Origin: Nitrospirales bacterium | Lineage (GTDB): Bacteria; Nitrospirota; Nitrospiria; Nitrospirales; UBA8639 | Assembly: GCA_965203295.1 (NCBI GenBank) | Contig: CBDBCZ010000013.1 | Span: 64,001 to 128,000 of the forward strand | Direction: 5' to 3' | Length of the DNA: 64,000 nt | Shown here: positions 1 to 61,533 of the stretch, in pieces | Layout: each line of letters begins with the position of its first letter | Position numbering within the stretch: the stretch's first letter is position 1 | The notes under the pieces: generated by a model | Told to the model about the DNA's origin: nothing | The model's database searches: none | Seen by the model: the letters and a program-made list of their open reading frames with translations, nothing else | Position numbers and translations under genes: made by a program

Positions 1-156
1 TTCCTATAGGGAATAGAACACCCTATATTGCCAATAATGGCAATTTAAACTCAACCAATTATTGCCAAATACGTACGTGACGCGCATGCGCTTCTCTCGC
101 TAGAGTACATGTATGTAGATGACGCAGGGCACGCGAGACTCTCTACCGCCGGATCA

Positions 157-166
157 GATGACGTGT
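157..166 (+). promoter_or_regulatory. Candidate XBP1/ATF-CREB-type (UPRE-like) site upstream of SDF2
   Basis: GATGACGTGT about 70 nt upstream of the ATG; other TGACG half-sites and CCAAT boxes occur in 30-125. Short motif, function inferred. Confidence 0.3.
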
Positions 167-237
167 CAAGACGCCCCTCGCATGCCTCGAGCCCTTCCTT
201 TCCGACTCTATACCTGACACGGCGACAAGATACAGGA

Positions 238-3200
238 ATGATGATGGCGTTGCGTTGCTTCACCGTTGTACTCTCCCTAGTTGTCTTGCTGCAGTTTCGT
301 GGTGCTCACTCCGCGGGTAAGTAAGCGATGATGAACTGTGTCAAATGTGGGCGCCCGGCCGCGTGGCGAGCGGGAGGGACATTAGTTTGGGGGGGTCTTT
401 ACTGCCAACAGACATAGCCGGACTTCAAACGTATGAGGTTTTGGGGATTACTGTAGTGAAGTGATTTGTCAGGACTTGGGTGTACGCGTACGTTCAAGGT
501 TTGGAGGGGGGCATTTATTAGAGTTTCATGGACGTTCTCTCCGTTCCAAGGGTTTCAGTCGGTCACTTGTGGCTCAGTGCTGAAGTTGGCCAACGTTGAA
601 ACCAGTGTGCGACTCCACTCCCACGATGTGAAGTATGGTTCGGGCAGTGGACAGCAGGTATGACCAATTGGTAGTGTGTGCCCTGAAATTCGGCTTGGTG
701 GCCGGTGTATGGCATACTTGTTCATGTATCTAGAATTGTACCATGTACTTGTGGTGTCATCCCATTTCGTCTAACAAAATGTAAATATGTCCCATTTCGT
801 CTAAAACCTTAAAAAGTATTTTTTGTACAGTTCAGTTACAGTTCATCTTACAAAGCGTTAGAATAACCATCTAAGATACTAGTCTGGGGGACCCCGCCCC
901 TCGCGTTAAACGGAGGGTCTGGTACAGACGCCGTAATGATTTTGTCTGTCTCGCAGTGCACATTGCGAGCCAATCAGATTCAAGCTTTGTAAAACGTCAT
1001 GAAAAAATTACGTCAGTGGTATGGTCTGACCAATCAGATAGCATGTTCACTGTCGGATCTCTTTCGTTGATTGTCTGCTTGTGTCGTCATAGCACAACGT
1101 CCGCATTCCAGATTGACAGGTCCACTGCGGCGTCTGTACCAGACTCTAACTTTCCCGTCGAGAGTCTGGCTACGCGAGACTACTAAGATACAATGTATGT
1201 TTCAAAAAATTAAAATGACACCCAATGACTGTAAGCTTTAGTAGTTCACTGAGGGTGTAGTCACCTCCTGTCATGGCATCTCCAATTTGCTCATCTTAGT
1301 TTACTTACAAGCAGCTTGAAACTTCTTCTAAAAGTGAATTATAGGAGCTCATTGTAGAGGGTTTACAGAGTAATCACAAACCAGCTTCTTTGAAGATCTA
1401 AGTGTAAACACTGAAGGAGTAGGGTTTATGTAAACTCACAATAGGTATACATTTGTTGATAATGGCCCTTGTTGTGTGTATTCAATTGACCTACTGTGTA
1501 CTGTTCATGTGGGTTATGAGAACTGATAGTTTTGAATACACTGTTTCTCCACGTCTGAGGATATGCCATTAACCATTAGGACGGTAATGAAGTAGGAAAG
1601 GCGTGTCATTTGAGAAGTACAGTGGACTTTCTCTTAAAAAGGACACCTCTGTATTAAGGCTAGTGTGCTGCTGCTTTGCTGTGTCCCAAATATGCTTTCT
1701 TAATGTTAATTAATTCCACTGTACTTTCAACTGAAGACCCTGTTGTCCCATTGATTGACCTAAAGTGGTTTCATTATGAGAACTAAAAGTGCACTTTTGA
1801 ATATACATGTGTGAGGAGACAATATTAACCCTGGGGGACAGTAATTGAGTTGGAAAGGCATGTGTGGTTTGAGAAATGCTTTCAACTGAAGATGCGAGAT
1901 TTGGGGTGTGCAATCAGAATGTCAGTGTAGCTGTAAGTCCTTCAGTCTAGCATGCTTGTGCATGTCTGTGGATTGCTTTTTTTCTGTTGCAGACGATATA
2001 CATGCTTAGTAGGGGGTGTCAATGGCCCGTTTGTGCCTTCAGTATTCTCACCCAACACTCTCATTCACTTTAGCAGTTGACCGTGTCCATGAGTGCAAGT
2101 TGAATGGCAATTCTTTGTTCTGTGTGGTAATCGTGGCATCCTTTTCAGTACTTGTATGGTAGAATGTGGTAGTCTTCCCAATTGCATTGCAAATTCTTCG
2201 GGATCATAAGAGAGTAATGAAATCCCCCTCAAAAATCAACACAGCTGGGAATAGAACCCTGGACCTTCTCAATCCTACTAGTCTGATGCTCTTACAGGGT
2301 TCTGCCTAGGAGACATTGAGTGGTGGTCAAAATTCAATCTCCAAGATATTTCTATTAGCTAAACGGACTTTCTCCCGTATTAAAAATACTATAAATAGTG
2401 TTCAACATTAGCTGAGTGCTGGTCAAAGAGGCTGAGTGGTGGTTAGACCCGACCACTGCCGACCAGTGTGGGCAGAACCCTGCTCTTACCACTGAGCTAC
2501 TGGAGCCCCTTGGCAGAGGAGCAGTAGGCAAGCTTTATATACATGTATATAGCCAATAAACCCACTAGTAGCTCTTGCCAGTTAGACCCAGCCAATTCCA
2601 ATGGTAATCTTGCGTGTACATATGGGAAAAGCAGCACCAACCATGCAGCACCAACCATGCAGCACCAACCATGTGTACACTGTTTATGGAGGAGGATCGA
2701 AACGTAGGTGTTTGTCAGTCTCTATCCCATGATTGAACTTGATAATTGAGGGCTTTTAGTACATGTTTACACTGGTAGGGTACATGTAGATTTCCTTCTG
2801 GTGAAATGTTATTGTACATGTAGTCTCAAGTCCATGTGATTGCACAACATCCACAGTTACAGCAGAACTCCTCTAATTAAACACCTTGGGGACCTTGTAA
2901 ATTGTCCTGTATACAGTGGAACCCCTCTAATGTAAACACCTTGGGAACCTTGTAAATTGTCCTGTATTGTATACAGTGGAACACCTTGGGAACCTTGTAC
3001 ACTGTAAATTGTCCTGTATACAGTATTACAGTGGAACCCCTCTATTGTGGACACCTTGGGGACCTGGTGAAGTGTCCTGTATACAGTGGAACCCCTCTAA
3101 TGTAAACACCTTGGGGACCTTGTACACTGTAAATTGTCCTGTATATAGTATTACAATGGAACCCCTCTATTGTGGACACCTTGGGGACCTGGTGAAGTGT

Positions 3201-6200
3201 CCTGTATACAATGAAACCCCTCTAATGTGGACACCTTGGGGACCTGGTAAAGTGTCTTGTATAAAGAGGTGTCCTCTTTTCAGGGATGTCCTTTAAGAGG
3301 GGTTCCACTGTAGTACACCATGTAGGTGTCTGCTGTGCCACACAGACTACATGTACACATGTAGAGGAACGTCCAGCACTGCCACCAACGGTCCATTATT
3401 GTCCGTCTAGTTATCGCAGTATCTCTTTACTGTGCATGGAAGAGCCGGACTGTACAGTGATTCCTGAACTGACAACCAGGAAATCCAGCACTGCCACCAA
3501 CGGTCCATTATTGTCCGTCTAGTTATCGCAGTATCTCTTTACTGTGCATGGAAGAGCCGGACTGTACAGTGATTCCTGAACTGACAACCAGGAAATCCAG
3601 CACTGTCAACAACTGCCCATTATTGTCCGTCTAGTTATCGCAGTATCTCTTTACTGTGCATGGAAGAGCCGGACTGTACAGTGATTCCTGAACTGACAAC
3701 CAGGAAATCCAGCACTGTCACCAACTGTCCATTATTCAGGGTTCTGCCCACCTGGTCGGCAGTGGGTCTAACCATCGCTGAGCTTTTTTGACCACCACCC
3801 AGCTATATTTTTAGTGTATAAAAAAGTCTGTTTAGCTAAAAGAAGTGTCTTGGAGATTGAATTTTAACCACCACTCAACATCTCCTAGGAAGAACCCTGA
3901 TTATTGTAGTTATCTGAGTATCTCTTTACTATGCATGGAAGAGCTGCAGGGATTCCTGAACAGACAACCAGGAAATCGCCAAGACGATTTCCTGGTTGTC
4001 AGTTCTGGAATCACATCAGGCTATCTTGTTTGTCCTAGACACTCTCTGCCTGTCCCTACATGTTAGTAGACACTCTCTGCCTGTCCCTACATGTTAGTAG
4101 ACACTCTCTGCCTGTCCCTACATGTTAGTAGACACTCACTGCCTGTCCCTACATGTTAGTAGACACTCTCTGCCTGTTCCTACATGTTAGTAGACACTCT
4201 CTGCCTGTCCCTACATGTTAGTGGACTCTCTCTGCCTGTTCCTACATGTTAGTAGACACTCGCTGCCTGTCCCTACATGTTAGTAGACACTCACTGCCTG
4301 TCCCTACATGTTAGTAGACACTCTCTGCCTGTTCCTACATGTTAGTAGACACTCTCTGCCTGTCCCTACATGTTAGTAGACTCTCACCGCCTGTTCCTAC
4401 ATGTTAGTAGACACTCTCTGCCTGTTCCTACATGTTAGTAGATACTCTCTGCCTGTCCCTACATGTTAGTAGACTCTCACCGCCTGTTCCTACATGTTAG
4501 TAGACACTCTCTGCCTGTTCCTACATGTTAGTAGACACTCACTGCCTGTCCCTACATGTTAGTGGACTCTCTCTGCCTGTCCCTACATGTTAGTAGACAC
4601 TCGCTGCCTGTCCCTACATGTTAGTAGACACTCGCTGCCTGTTCCTACATGTTAGTAGACACTCGCTGCCTGTCCCTACATGTTAGTAGACACTCACTGT
4701 CTGGTTGTCACTGTTCATACATGTTAGTGAATATCTCAGGCTGGTTACTTCCTGCCCATTAAAGGGAGTTCACTCTATGTGATTGGAAGAGAACACACAC
4801 TCTGTACCACACTCTTGTTCCCCTATAAATTGGGCTATAAGCTTAGGGATAGGGTTGGGACTACGGTTTGAATTGGGGATAGGGTTGGTGCCATGCAGTT
4901 TATAGATTTGTAGAATGCATGTGTAGTGCAATTAATTCATAAATAATACTGATTCACAAAATCGTAGGACCGGTTTTAATTGCGATGATCTACATGTAAT
5001 AATTTAGTCTCGTGCCCAGCCCGTCGCTCCTCCCCTCGCCAGACGGTCTGGGCCGCGAAGTCAAATTCCTTGGGCTTATTCCCGGAATGTGGTAAAGACC
5101 AATGAGATCGCAGGATTTGTAATTATTACGTTCTGGAATGCTATTACGGAACGATAAAATGGCGACGTTTGAATTTATTGTCGAGATTTGGCAGCGGTTT
5201 GAACGAAGTAGCAGTTGACGCGGTTGTTTTTGCGTCTTAGAAGTTTTAACAACTACAGTCTTGGTGAGAGAAGGGCTAGTTGAAGATTAACCCAAGGTAT
5301 TTCTGCGGATAAAGCAAGACTCCCTATTTTTGTACTTGTACTGTCACTTTGCAGCTAAGAGTTGCTTTCTACACGAATGATTACACAGGAGAGCTCGTAG
5401 AGAGTACGTTGCTTGACATGTACCTCTGTAAGCCTTTATACAAGCATTTCAGACTTCTAATATTTAATTAACGTGCCCGTTGCTCCGCCCATAAACCCAA
5501 GAAATTCGACTTCGCGGGCCAGACCGTCTGAGCGAGGGAGGAGCAACGGTCTGGGCACGAGACTAGTAATAATTGAGAATGTGATCAAGCTCGAAAGAAT
5601 TAGAACACAAGTTACGCAGTGCATACAATACATAATACATACACACAATAATGCAGTGATAAGATACACAATTTACATTCAATGCAATAGCTACGGTATA
5701 CACCAACATAGGCGTTGATCCCGCCCAGAGTATGCACAGCCGTGTGGTAGAATTTGGGCATTAGGTCATGCACAGTCATGTGGTAAAATCAGGGCAGGAG
5801 GTTGTGCACGTCCATGCGGTAAGCTCTGGGCGTTGAGTATGCATGGCTGTGTAGTAAAGTGTGGGCAGGACCCGACAGGTGGCCTGGATGTGAGGTTGGG
5901 TCATCACAGATGTGTGCTAACATATTAAGCTCTCCTGTTGTCAGATAGTTGATACGCTTCTCCTCCCCTCCCACCCCTCCCCTGCCCAGAGTGTCACCGG
6001 GGTCACCCATGCTGATGATGTCAACAGCTATTGGGTGGTCAGGGGCAAGTTTGACGAGGCCTGCGACAGAGGGTGAGCTACAGTTAGAATTTCTAATCAC
6101 TATTTTGTTAATACATGTCAGGGATTTTTGCTGGGAGTAACTTTTTTTGGAAAAGCATGCATCCTTGTAAGGGGGTCTGGGGGCATGCCCCTCCCCCCAT

Positions 6201-9200
6201 AAAATTTATACAGTGTATGTTACCCCATGTTTGTGTTTAAAACACAGTTCAAAATCCTGGGAAGGGAAATGGGGGACGTTTGTTGTGGTGGGGAAATACC
6301 AGCCCCCCCCCCCCATTAAAAACCCTGCGTATAATTATGAGCTTATACCACATTACATCACATCCAAGGTGTATGATTGGAGCAGAAGCGGAGTATAAAG
6401 GGTCATATACTACGTTTATGTTTTCATGTTTTATTATACTACTTTTATGTTTTCATGTATTATGACATCGTAAATAACTACTGCCTCTGGGAATGCTAGC
6501 CCAGCGTTTCCAGGTACCTACTCCACTGATTGGTCAAATGTTGTATAAGCCGGATATACCACGCCTACTCGGAGTATAAACGCGATATACTCCGCTAGGC
6601 TGTTTACCCTCGGCTATCGCCTCGGGTAAACCGTCTAGCGGAGTATATCTGCGTTTATACTCCTCGTAGACGTGGTATATCCTATACTTATAGATGGAAG
6701 CTTCTTTCTATTTAAAGAACACCACATTAATTTTATTGACCCATGTGCATACACCTTGTATGATTCCTCGGGTGTAAAGGTCAGTGTTAAACTGTGTGGA
6801 GCGCAAGAATCAGCGTTAATTGTTTGTGTATAATCACACCAATTTGTGTGTACTTGTGAAAGTGAGAAGTGGTCACACTCAATGTTATGGCACACAGTGT
6901 ACATGTAACGTGCAGAGCATGTGCTTATTATATAGAGCAAGATCTCGCGTACTACAGCCTTAGCAACCAGTAACCTACACTCGTTCACACAGCTTTTTCG
7001 CTGATCAATATATTTTCGCGGTAAAATGTCCAAATACGTTAGAAATTAATGCGGATTAACAAGTAAACACACTGACCTCTTCTGCGATCCCCGTGGTCTG
7101 CCCTGACACTGTTAACCTTTGCATGCAATGGCAGACTTGAACTATAGCAAAAATTTTATATTAGAGTGCACTTTTGCCCCTAGCGACCAAATATGTTGTA
7201 GCCCTTAATACACTTAAGTAAATTTCCAAGTTTAGAAATCATAGCTTGTTTTAGGGGCTACAACATACTTGGTCGCTAGGGGCAATGGGTAAAAAGTGTG
7301 CTCTAATTAGAATTTTTGCTGTAGTGCAAGTCTGCCATTATGTAAGAAAGTGGGTGGAAATGATAAACACGCTGATTTCTCCCTCCCTGGAATCTCCCTG
7401 GGTCTTTCCTCTGCCATGCAGCGAGCCTGTGAAGTGTGGCTCCACCCTGCGGCTGCAGCACCTCAACACCCGGCTCTTCCTGCACAGCCACGGTCACCGC
7501 TCCCCCCTCTCCCACAACCAGGAGGTCAGCTGCTTCGGACCGGGAGACCGGGGTGAGTTTGATTGGGGGAGTGGCTTGGGCGTGGCTTTGGGTGGGGCTT
7601 GGGGTGTGGCTTAGGGTGTAGCTTGGGGCATGGCTTAGGGTGTGGCTTGATGTACTGTTGTGAATGTGTTGCTTGAATCGAACCTGGTATGGCTGTTGCT
7701 TTGCATCGCCAATGTACATGTGCTGAATGTGACTTGAATGTGTGTGACTGTACGCATGAGCCTGTGCACATACATGTACATGAACCCACAAGGTGTTCAT
7801 GAGTATACAGCTCTGTAGTTTCAGCTTCACTGTTTACTGCCATATGTTTTTGTAATGAGCCAAGCTTTAACCCTAATATGCTATTTTATAAATTTCGCAA
7901 CTCGCCGTTATACAAATTCAGATCATTAATTGATATCACACTCCACAGTGGAACCACTCTAATGTGGACACCTTGGGGACCTGGTGAAATGTTCTGTATA
8001 GAGAGGTGTCCTCATTTCAGGGGTGTATATTCGGACATACATGTATCAAAGTGTCCTTAATACAGAGGTGTCCTTATTTCAGGGGTGTCCTTTAAGAGGG
8101 GTTCCATCTATTTTCAGCCATATTTTGTTCATGCATGATAGTCCCTTTCACTGCTTCCCTTGTGCCCACCAGGAGACAACTGGGTGGTGGAGTGCAACAC
8201 AGAGTTCTGGCAGAGGGACGCCACCATCAGATTGAAGCACACTGACACCAATATGTGAGCCCCCATGGGAGTGGGATGCTGTACATGTGTGTGTGTGGCA
8301 GTTCGTGTACATGTAGAAATTGAGTGTCATTCCGTCGCAAAGTTTGTTCGCGTCACTGCATTTCAATGCGTTGCCATCAAAGGCTTAATTAGTATAGTGC
8401 CTTTTTGAACTTCTTTTGAACTCTAAACCAGACCCTAACCCTAACTGCTCCCCCTAACAATATGTTGTTGGCAAACCTGGACAGTGTATTCCTTGTCTGC
8501 TCTAGGTACCTTCATGTGTCGGGGCATGCGTACGGGCGGCCCATTGCTGGGCAGAAGGAAGTGTCCGGCTACTCGTCCAAAGCACAGGGAAACCTCTGGA
8601 AAGCAATGGTACGATGACGATATTATTCACCAGTGCATACATTGTATAACAGTATACACGTTTATGTACATGTACATGTACTTGTACCACATGTTACTTG
8701 TTAGCTCCTAAGATCGGAATTGAGGTGAAGCATAATGGAATAGTCATGGATAACAGCATAATGCATATGTGCTTGTAGCTAGCTGCTATTTGGAGTACAT
8801 GCAGCTACACGTACTCCATGATTAGACTCTATCCCAGGACCCACTGTTTGTCGCTTGCACGTGTAGAGTGATCACATATTAAAAGTTAACGTTTTGATGT
8901 CTCAGTAATAGAATCAAAGGAAAGCAGGTAGTGTGAGCAAACTGCTATGTAGATGGCTTGTTGAAATTGGTGTGGTAAATACTGCCCTAGAGTACCTACC
9001 GCAAGCTCCTGCACTAGTACTCTGGAGGCACATTGAAACTCCACCCCCTTACCTTACCTCTATCATTGGTAGACAAACTCCCAGGCAGGTAACCCTTGTG
9101 CACCCCAAATCTTACTCTGCCATTCATCTCCATTGCTGCCTGCACTAGTGCTCTGGAGGCACATTGAAACTCCACCCCCTTACCTTACCTCTATCATTGG

Positions 9201-9392
9201 TAGACAAAACTCCCAGGCAGGTAACCCTTGTGCACCCCAAATCTTACTGTGCCATTCATCTCTATTGCTGCCCTCCCCCCCCCCCCCCAGCCATGTGGAT
9301 GCCAGTGAGTATAGTTAGTTGTTGTTGATTAAAATATCATTTCATTGCTGCAGGAGGGTGTCTACATGGACAGTGAAAGCAAGATGTTATAG
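238..9392 (+). CDS. SDF2: Stromal cell-derived factor 2 / SDF2-like 1 family protein (signal peptide + 3 MIR repeats), 7 coding exons
   Basis: Exons 238-316, 551-657, 5990-6072, 7422-7552, 8173-8254, 8506-8608 and 9354-9392 have GT-AG boundaries and compatible phases (624 nt). Translation: hydrophobic leader, then VTCGSVLKL..VRLHSHDVKYGSGSGQQ|SVTGV..DDVNSYW..CDRG|EPVKCGSTLRLQHLNT..LHSH..SPLSHNQEVSCFG..DNWVVEC..W.R...IRLKHTDT..YGRPIAGQKEV..WKAM|EGVY, which are hallmark SDF2 motifs. SDF2 versus SDF2L1 orthology cannot be resolved. Confidence 0.93.
880..1182. mobile_element. MITE with TAGTCT...AGACTA termini and 9-bp TSD (Mutator-like)
   Basis: TSD CTAAGATAC at 871-879 and 1183-1191; subterminal inverted repeat GTCTGGTACAGACGCCG / CGGCGTCTGTACCAGAC. 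Confidence 0.8.
2242..2507 (-). mobile_element. tRNA-derived SINE-like head or tRNA pseudogene, interrupted by a MITE
   Basis: After removing 2295-2482 and one TSD, the minus strand reads GGCTCCAGTAGCTCAGTGGTAAGAGCATCAGACTAGTA...GAAGGTCCAGGGTTCTATTCCCAGCTG, with a Pol III A box and a degenerate B box. Confidence 0.6.
2295..2482. mobile_element. MITE with CAGGGTTCTGCC TIRs and 6-bp TSD
   Basis: TIR CAGGGTTCTGCC...GGCAGAACCCTG; TSD CTCTTA on both sides; related copy at 3737-3899. Confidence 0.8.
2858..3312. repeat. Internally repetitive TACAGTGG...CCACTGTA element (Tc1/mariner-like MITE) with reiterated 5' module
   Basis: Repeated TACAGTGGAACCCCTCTA(A/T)TGT(G/A)(G/A)ACACCTTGGGGACC units ending in GAGGGGTTCCACTGTA; related copies near 1618-1723, 7944-8107 and 54860-54945. 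Confidence 0.65.
3373..3736. repeat. Tandem repeat, 112-bp unit, about 3.2 copies
   Basis: CCAGCACTG... recurs at 3373, 3485, 3597 and 3709; the last unit is interrupted by the MITE at 3737. Confidence 0.9.
3737..3899. mobile_element. Second CAGGGTTCT-TIR MITE (opposite orientation), 6-bp TSD
   Basis: CAGGGTTCT...AGAACCCTG flanked by ATTATT at 3731-3736 and 3900-3905; internal sequence is the reverse complement of 2295-2482. Confidence 0.8.
4036..4700. repeat. 31-bp minisatellite, about 21 copies
   Basis: Unit TAGACACTCTCTGCCTGTCCCTACATGTTAG head-to-tail with point variants and no spacers. Confidence 0.95.
5005..5565. mobile_element. Mutator-like MITE, long TIRs, 9-bp TSD
   Basis: TAGTCTCGTGCCCAG...CTGGGCACGAGACTA with about 70-bp imperfect TIRs; TSD GTAATAATT at 4996-5004 and 5566-5574. 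Confidence 0.88.
6551..6682. repeat. Long imperfect hairpin, likely the end of a non-autonomous element
   Basis: GGATATACCACG..GGAGTATAAACGC..TATACTCCGCTAG pairs with CTAGCGGAGTATA..GCGTTTATACTCC..CGTGGTATATCC around a CTCGGCTATCGCCTCG centre. Confidence 0.7.
7127..7339. mobile_element. Palindromic MITE-like element
   Basis: AATGGCAGACTTG...GCCCCTAGCGACCAA versus TTGGTCGCTAGGGGC...CAAGTCTGCCATT; arms about 80-90 bp. Confidence 0.7.
9008..9270. repeat. Direct tandem duplication, about 131-bp unit x2, in the last SDF2 intron
   Basis: CCTGCACTAGT.CTCTGGAGGCACATTGAAACTCC... at 9008 and 9139. Confidence 0.9.
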
Positions 9393-11720
9393 CTACTGTA
9401 GACATTAGGAGTATTGCTATTATTAGAATTTAGGCTATTTTTAACTTGAGATTCACATTGTCCTGCCTTGCACATTGTACATATCCCCTCTGCACTGTAT
9501 CAGTGCCTAATTCACCTGCCTAGCTGTGTTCCACGATGCTATCAAATTGTCTCTCAACCACTGACACTGATAATTATTTTGGTGTAAGGCAGCATTGCAT
9601 GTCATACTCGTGAGTGTGGATTTCTGTCACTGGCATGTTTTTTTTTTTGCATGGTCTGGTCACTGGCTCGTGACCAGACCATGCAAAAACAAGTCTGACA
9701 TTTCATGTCTAAAAAAACCAGCCGGGCACCTTTCTGTGCAGTACACACAACTCAGAAGCTAACTGTAGCTGTAGGAACATAGTACAGCGAAATTGCTGGA
9801 TCAGCAGTTTCGTCGTGCGCCTTCAGTTAGCAGCTTTATGCCACGAAAACGGGATATTTACGGCTACCTACCAAGTTTTCGCCAACTAGGCAACACACAA
9901 CTACCTTCGTTTTGCTGTACATATGTGTGTGCCTATAGGATACACTCCGTACATGCCCTCTGATTTGGGAGTATACTGCACTCTGGCCTGGATTAGCAGC
10001 CTACACCACCTGATGATGTCACATCAATTCAACAAGCCTCAACCATGTACTTTACAACATTGGGTGAAGTCCCAAGTTCAGAATGATGATGTCAGTGCAT
10101 GTGTAAGAGGAGTGCCAAGCAAAATCTACAATATGAGAGGGTATTTAGCTAAGGCTAGTTAATAAGAGAGTCAGTTACTGCTTCTCCTCCATTTCAAATA
10201 CTGGGTTGATCTTGACACTGTCATCACTGAAAGAAAGAAAATATAATATGTCAGGTAAATGAAGGGTAGGGACCAATACAATCATCAACTAGAAGTCTCT
10301 AGCAGAGACATACCCCACACTCCTGGGCCTGCAAACTGTAACGCCATATATACAAATTGTAGGCGTGGCTGATCGCCATAGTAATGACACGGGCGTTTCT
10401 CTGTGTATACTCCAGTATGCTTTCTATTTCTTCTAAGCTAACTCCATGTTGAATAAAAGACTCATATACCATACTCGAGGGCTTTCAAGCTGTAGGCGTG
10501 ACCAATTGCCGTATTAAAAACATGGTGGAACACACCGATAATCAGAAAAAGCGTGGAAATACCGAGAATAAAATCGCTTTCTTCTATATCAGGTACAGAC
10601 AAGCTAATGTATCACGGACTTCAGCATTAACCTCCAGTTTAGAAATTGTTGTAGCCTCTTTATAGCCCGTTTGAAGGTTTTCCAAAAAAAAATTATGACA
10701 GACAATGACGACAATGACAGACGAACAAAACTGATAGCTTAATCCCGCTGCACATACGTGGCGCGGGGTAATTATATTTTCTTTTGTTATACACAAATAC
10801 TGCTACCATAATTATTATGAGGTGCAATGAGAGAGAGAGAAGCCTTTATTTCGGAGTGAACTTATGGTTGGGGTGTGGGAGGAGGACTTAATGTCAAGAT
10901 GCTTTGCATAGTAGAAAGCTTAGTTTCCTAAAATGGACATTGTGTTTAGCTCTTGTCGAAGATGCTCTGCTGCACACTTCCTACATGTATCTCTGCTTTC
11001 TATTTTGGAGTGAATTTAGCGTATAAGTGCCTCTAGTTGGCGTTTGCTGTAGTTGAAGGACGTGCCTCACCTTCTCATTGGCAGACACGATGGAGGTCGA
11101 CGGTACCGCTTTTGCCAATTTGAAAACATTGTAACGTGATGGCTTTTCGATAGTGATGAGGCATGAACGGTGATTTTCAAACTGATTTTAACAGCTGTTG
11201 TGCATCGCTGTGTAGCCAGCAAACTGCTCAATCTAATAAATGTCGCCTTCAATTAGAAGCCGCCCTCGAATAGTGGCCGCAGAAAATTGCGGGATGAAAT
11301 AATCAGTAGCTGTGGCATCTGATTGCGGAATTATGGTATGTAATATTCTGAAGAAACATTCGTTAGCCTAATTTTACTTGGTCTGAGGCCAAATCGCGAA
11401 AATTGCGAAGTTTATGCACCTTAGAAATTTGGCGCTATACGGTAATAGGTATAGGCTGGCTAGTGAAACACTCCTGAAACACTCCAGTTTTGCCATGCAG
11501 GCCCTAGATGTTATTCCTTACATCAGCATCTTTTGGTGTACAATATAAATGTACTTAACACGCAACTCTGCCCACCCACTGTTCTTTATACTTGGGTAGT
11601 GGTTAGGCCTACGTCTATCCATCCATCAGTGTCCACTATACTTACTCAATACAACATAAATGGATCAATTTCTATATTAACCGATGTCTAACTACCACTG
11701 TCTGTGTAAAACATTTCTGC

Positions 11721-60706
<48,986 letters not shown>

Positions 60707-61201
60707 CTTTGTGAAGAGACACAACACATTCATTACGTCTACTAAAAATATATATTTATCACACAGTAAAAGTATATAGACTAGTGGGTTGTTGCATGAG
60801 TTCCAAATAAAGTTGGTATGTGTGTCTTGAGGGAGCTAATCAAAAAAGGGAAACATGTTAGCGATGATCAGTATCAGTAGGTAATGTGCTTCTGCATTCT
60901 TGGTCAATAATGTGAAAACACATTACTAGTGAGTTGTTTGTGTTTCAAAAGAAGTTGGTGAGCGTGTCTCAACGGAGCTCATCAAAAAATGGAGTTAATT
61001 AGTGTTAACCAAATTAACATATTATTAATGTGCTTCCACATTCTTAGTCAACAATTAGAAACACATTACTAATTACTGAGCACAGTGGGGCAAGTAAATT
61101 CATGTTATGGGCTCAGCAATCTTAGCCAGCGTTTTAAAAATTATATTAGGTTGCGTGTCCCTCTAGCTCCCATGGGCTTCGGGGGGGGGGGGGGGGGGGC
61201 A

Positions 61202-61491
61202 TAGACTTGGGCCCAGCCCCACGTTAGAAAAGTGGGCCTGGCGCCGTGAATATTCGATGATAGGGCAGCAATACATCCTGTTACTTCACCAAACGGATGT
61301 CCCAGTTACAGTATCCATGTGGCCACTACTATGGCCTACTGCAACTGTGATATCCATTTGGTGATGTAATACCAAAATCAAGCAATCACATTGTTGGTCT
61401 AGAACTAGGATTGCTGACGTAATGCTGGCCCAACTTTGAATATACCGGGTGCCATACACACCTTTCTAACGTAGGGATGGGCACAGGACTA
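61202..61491. mobile_element. TAG...CTA MITE with 9-bp TSD
   Basis: TAGACTTGGGCCCAGCCCCACGTTAGAAA...TTTCTAACGTAGGGATGGGCACAGGACTA; flanks GGGGGGGCA / TGGGGGGCA. Confidence 0.7.
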
Positions 61492-61533
61492 TGGGGGGCA
61501 AGGTGTTCAAAATGGAGTCCCTGGACAAAGAGT

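Noticed and set aside
2242..2507. Functional tRNA gene
   Set aside because: It is interrupted by a 188-bp MITE, the B box is degenerate and there is no convincing acceptor stem.
4036..4700. 31-bp repeats as a CRISPR array
   Set aside because: Units are contiguous with no unique spacers, there are no cas genes, and the context is a eukaryotic intron.
7303..7843. Minus-strand ORFs of 175 and 105 aa (PKPH repeats)
   Set aside because: They are antisense to SDF2 exon 4 and a G-rich intronic simple repeat, with no domain signal.
7553..8172. Possible micro-exon in SDF2 (the FGPGDRGDNW segment looks about 3 aa shorter than vertebrate homologs as I recall them)
   Set aside because: No convincing AG-microexon-GT was seen, and the flanking exons already join in frame.
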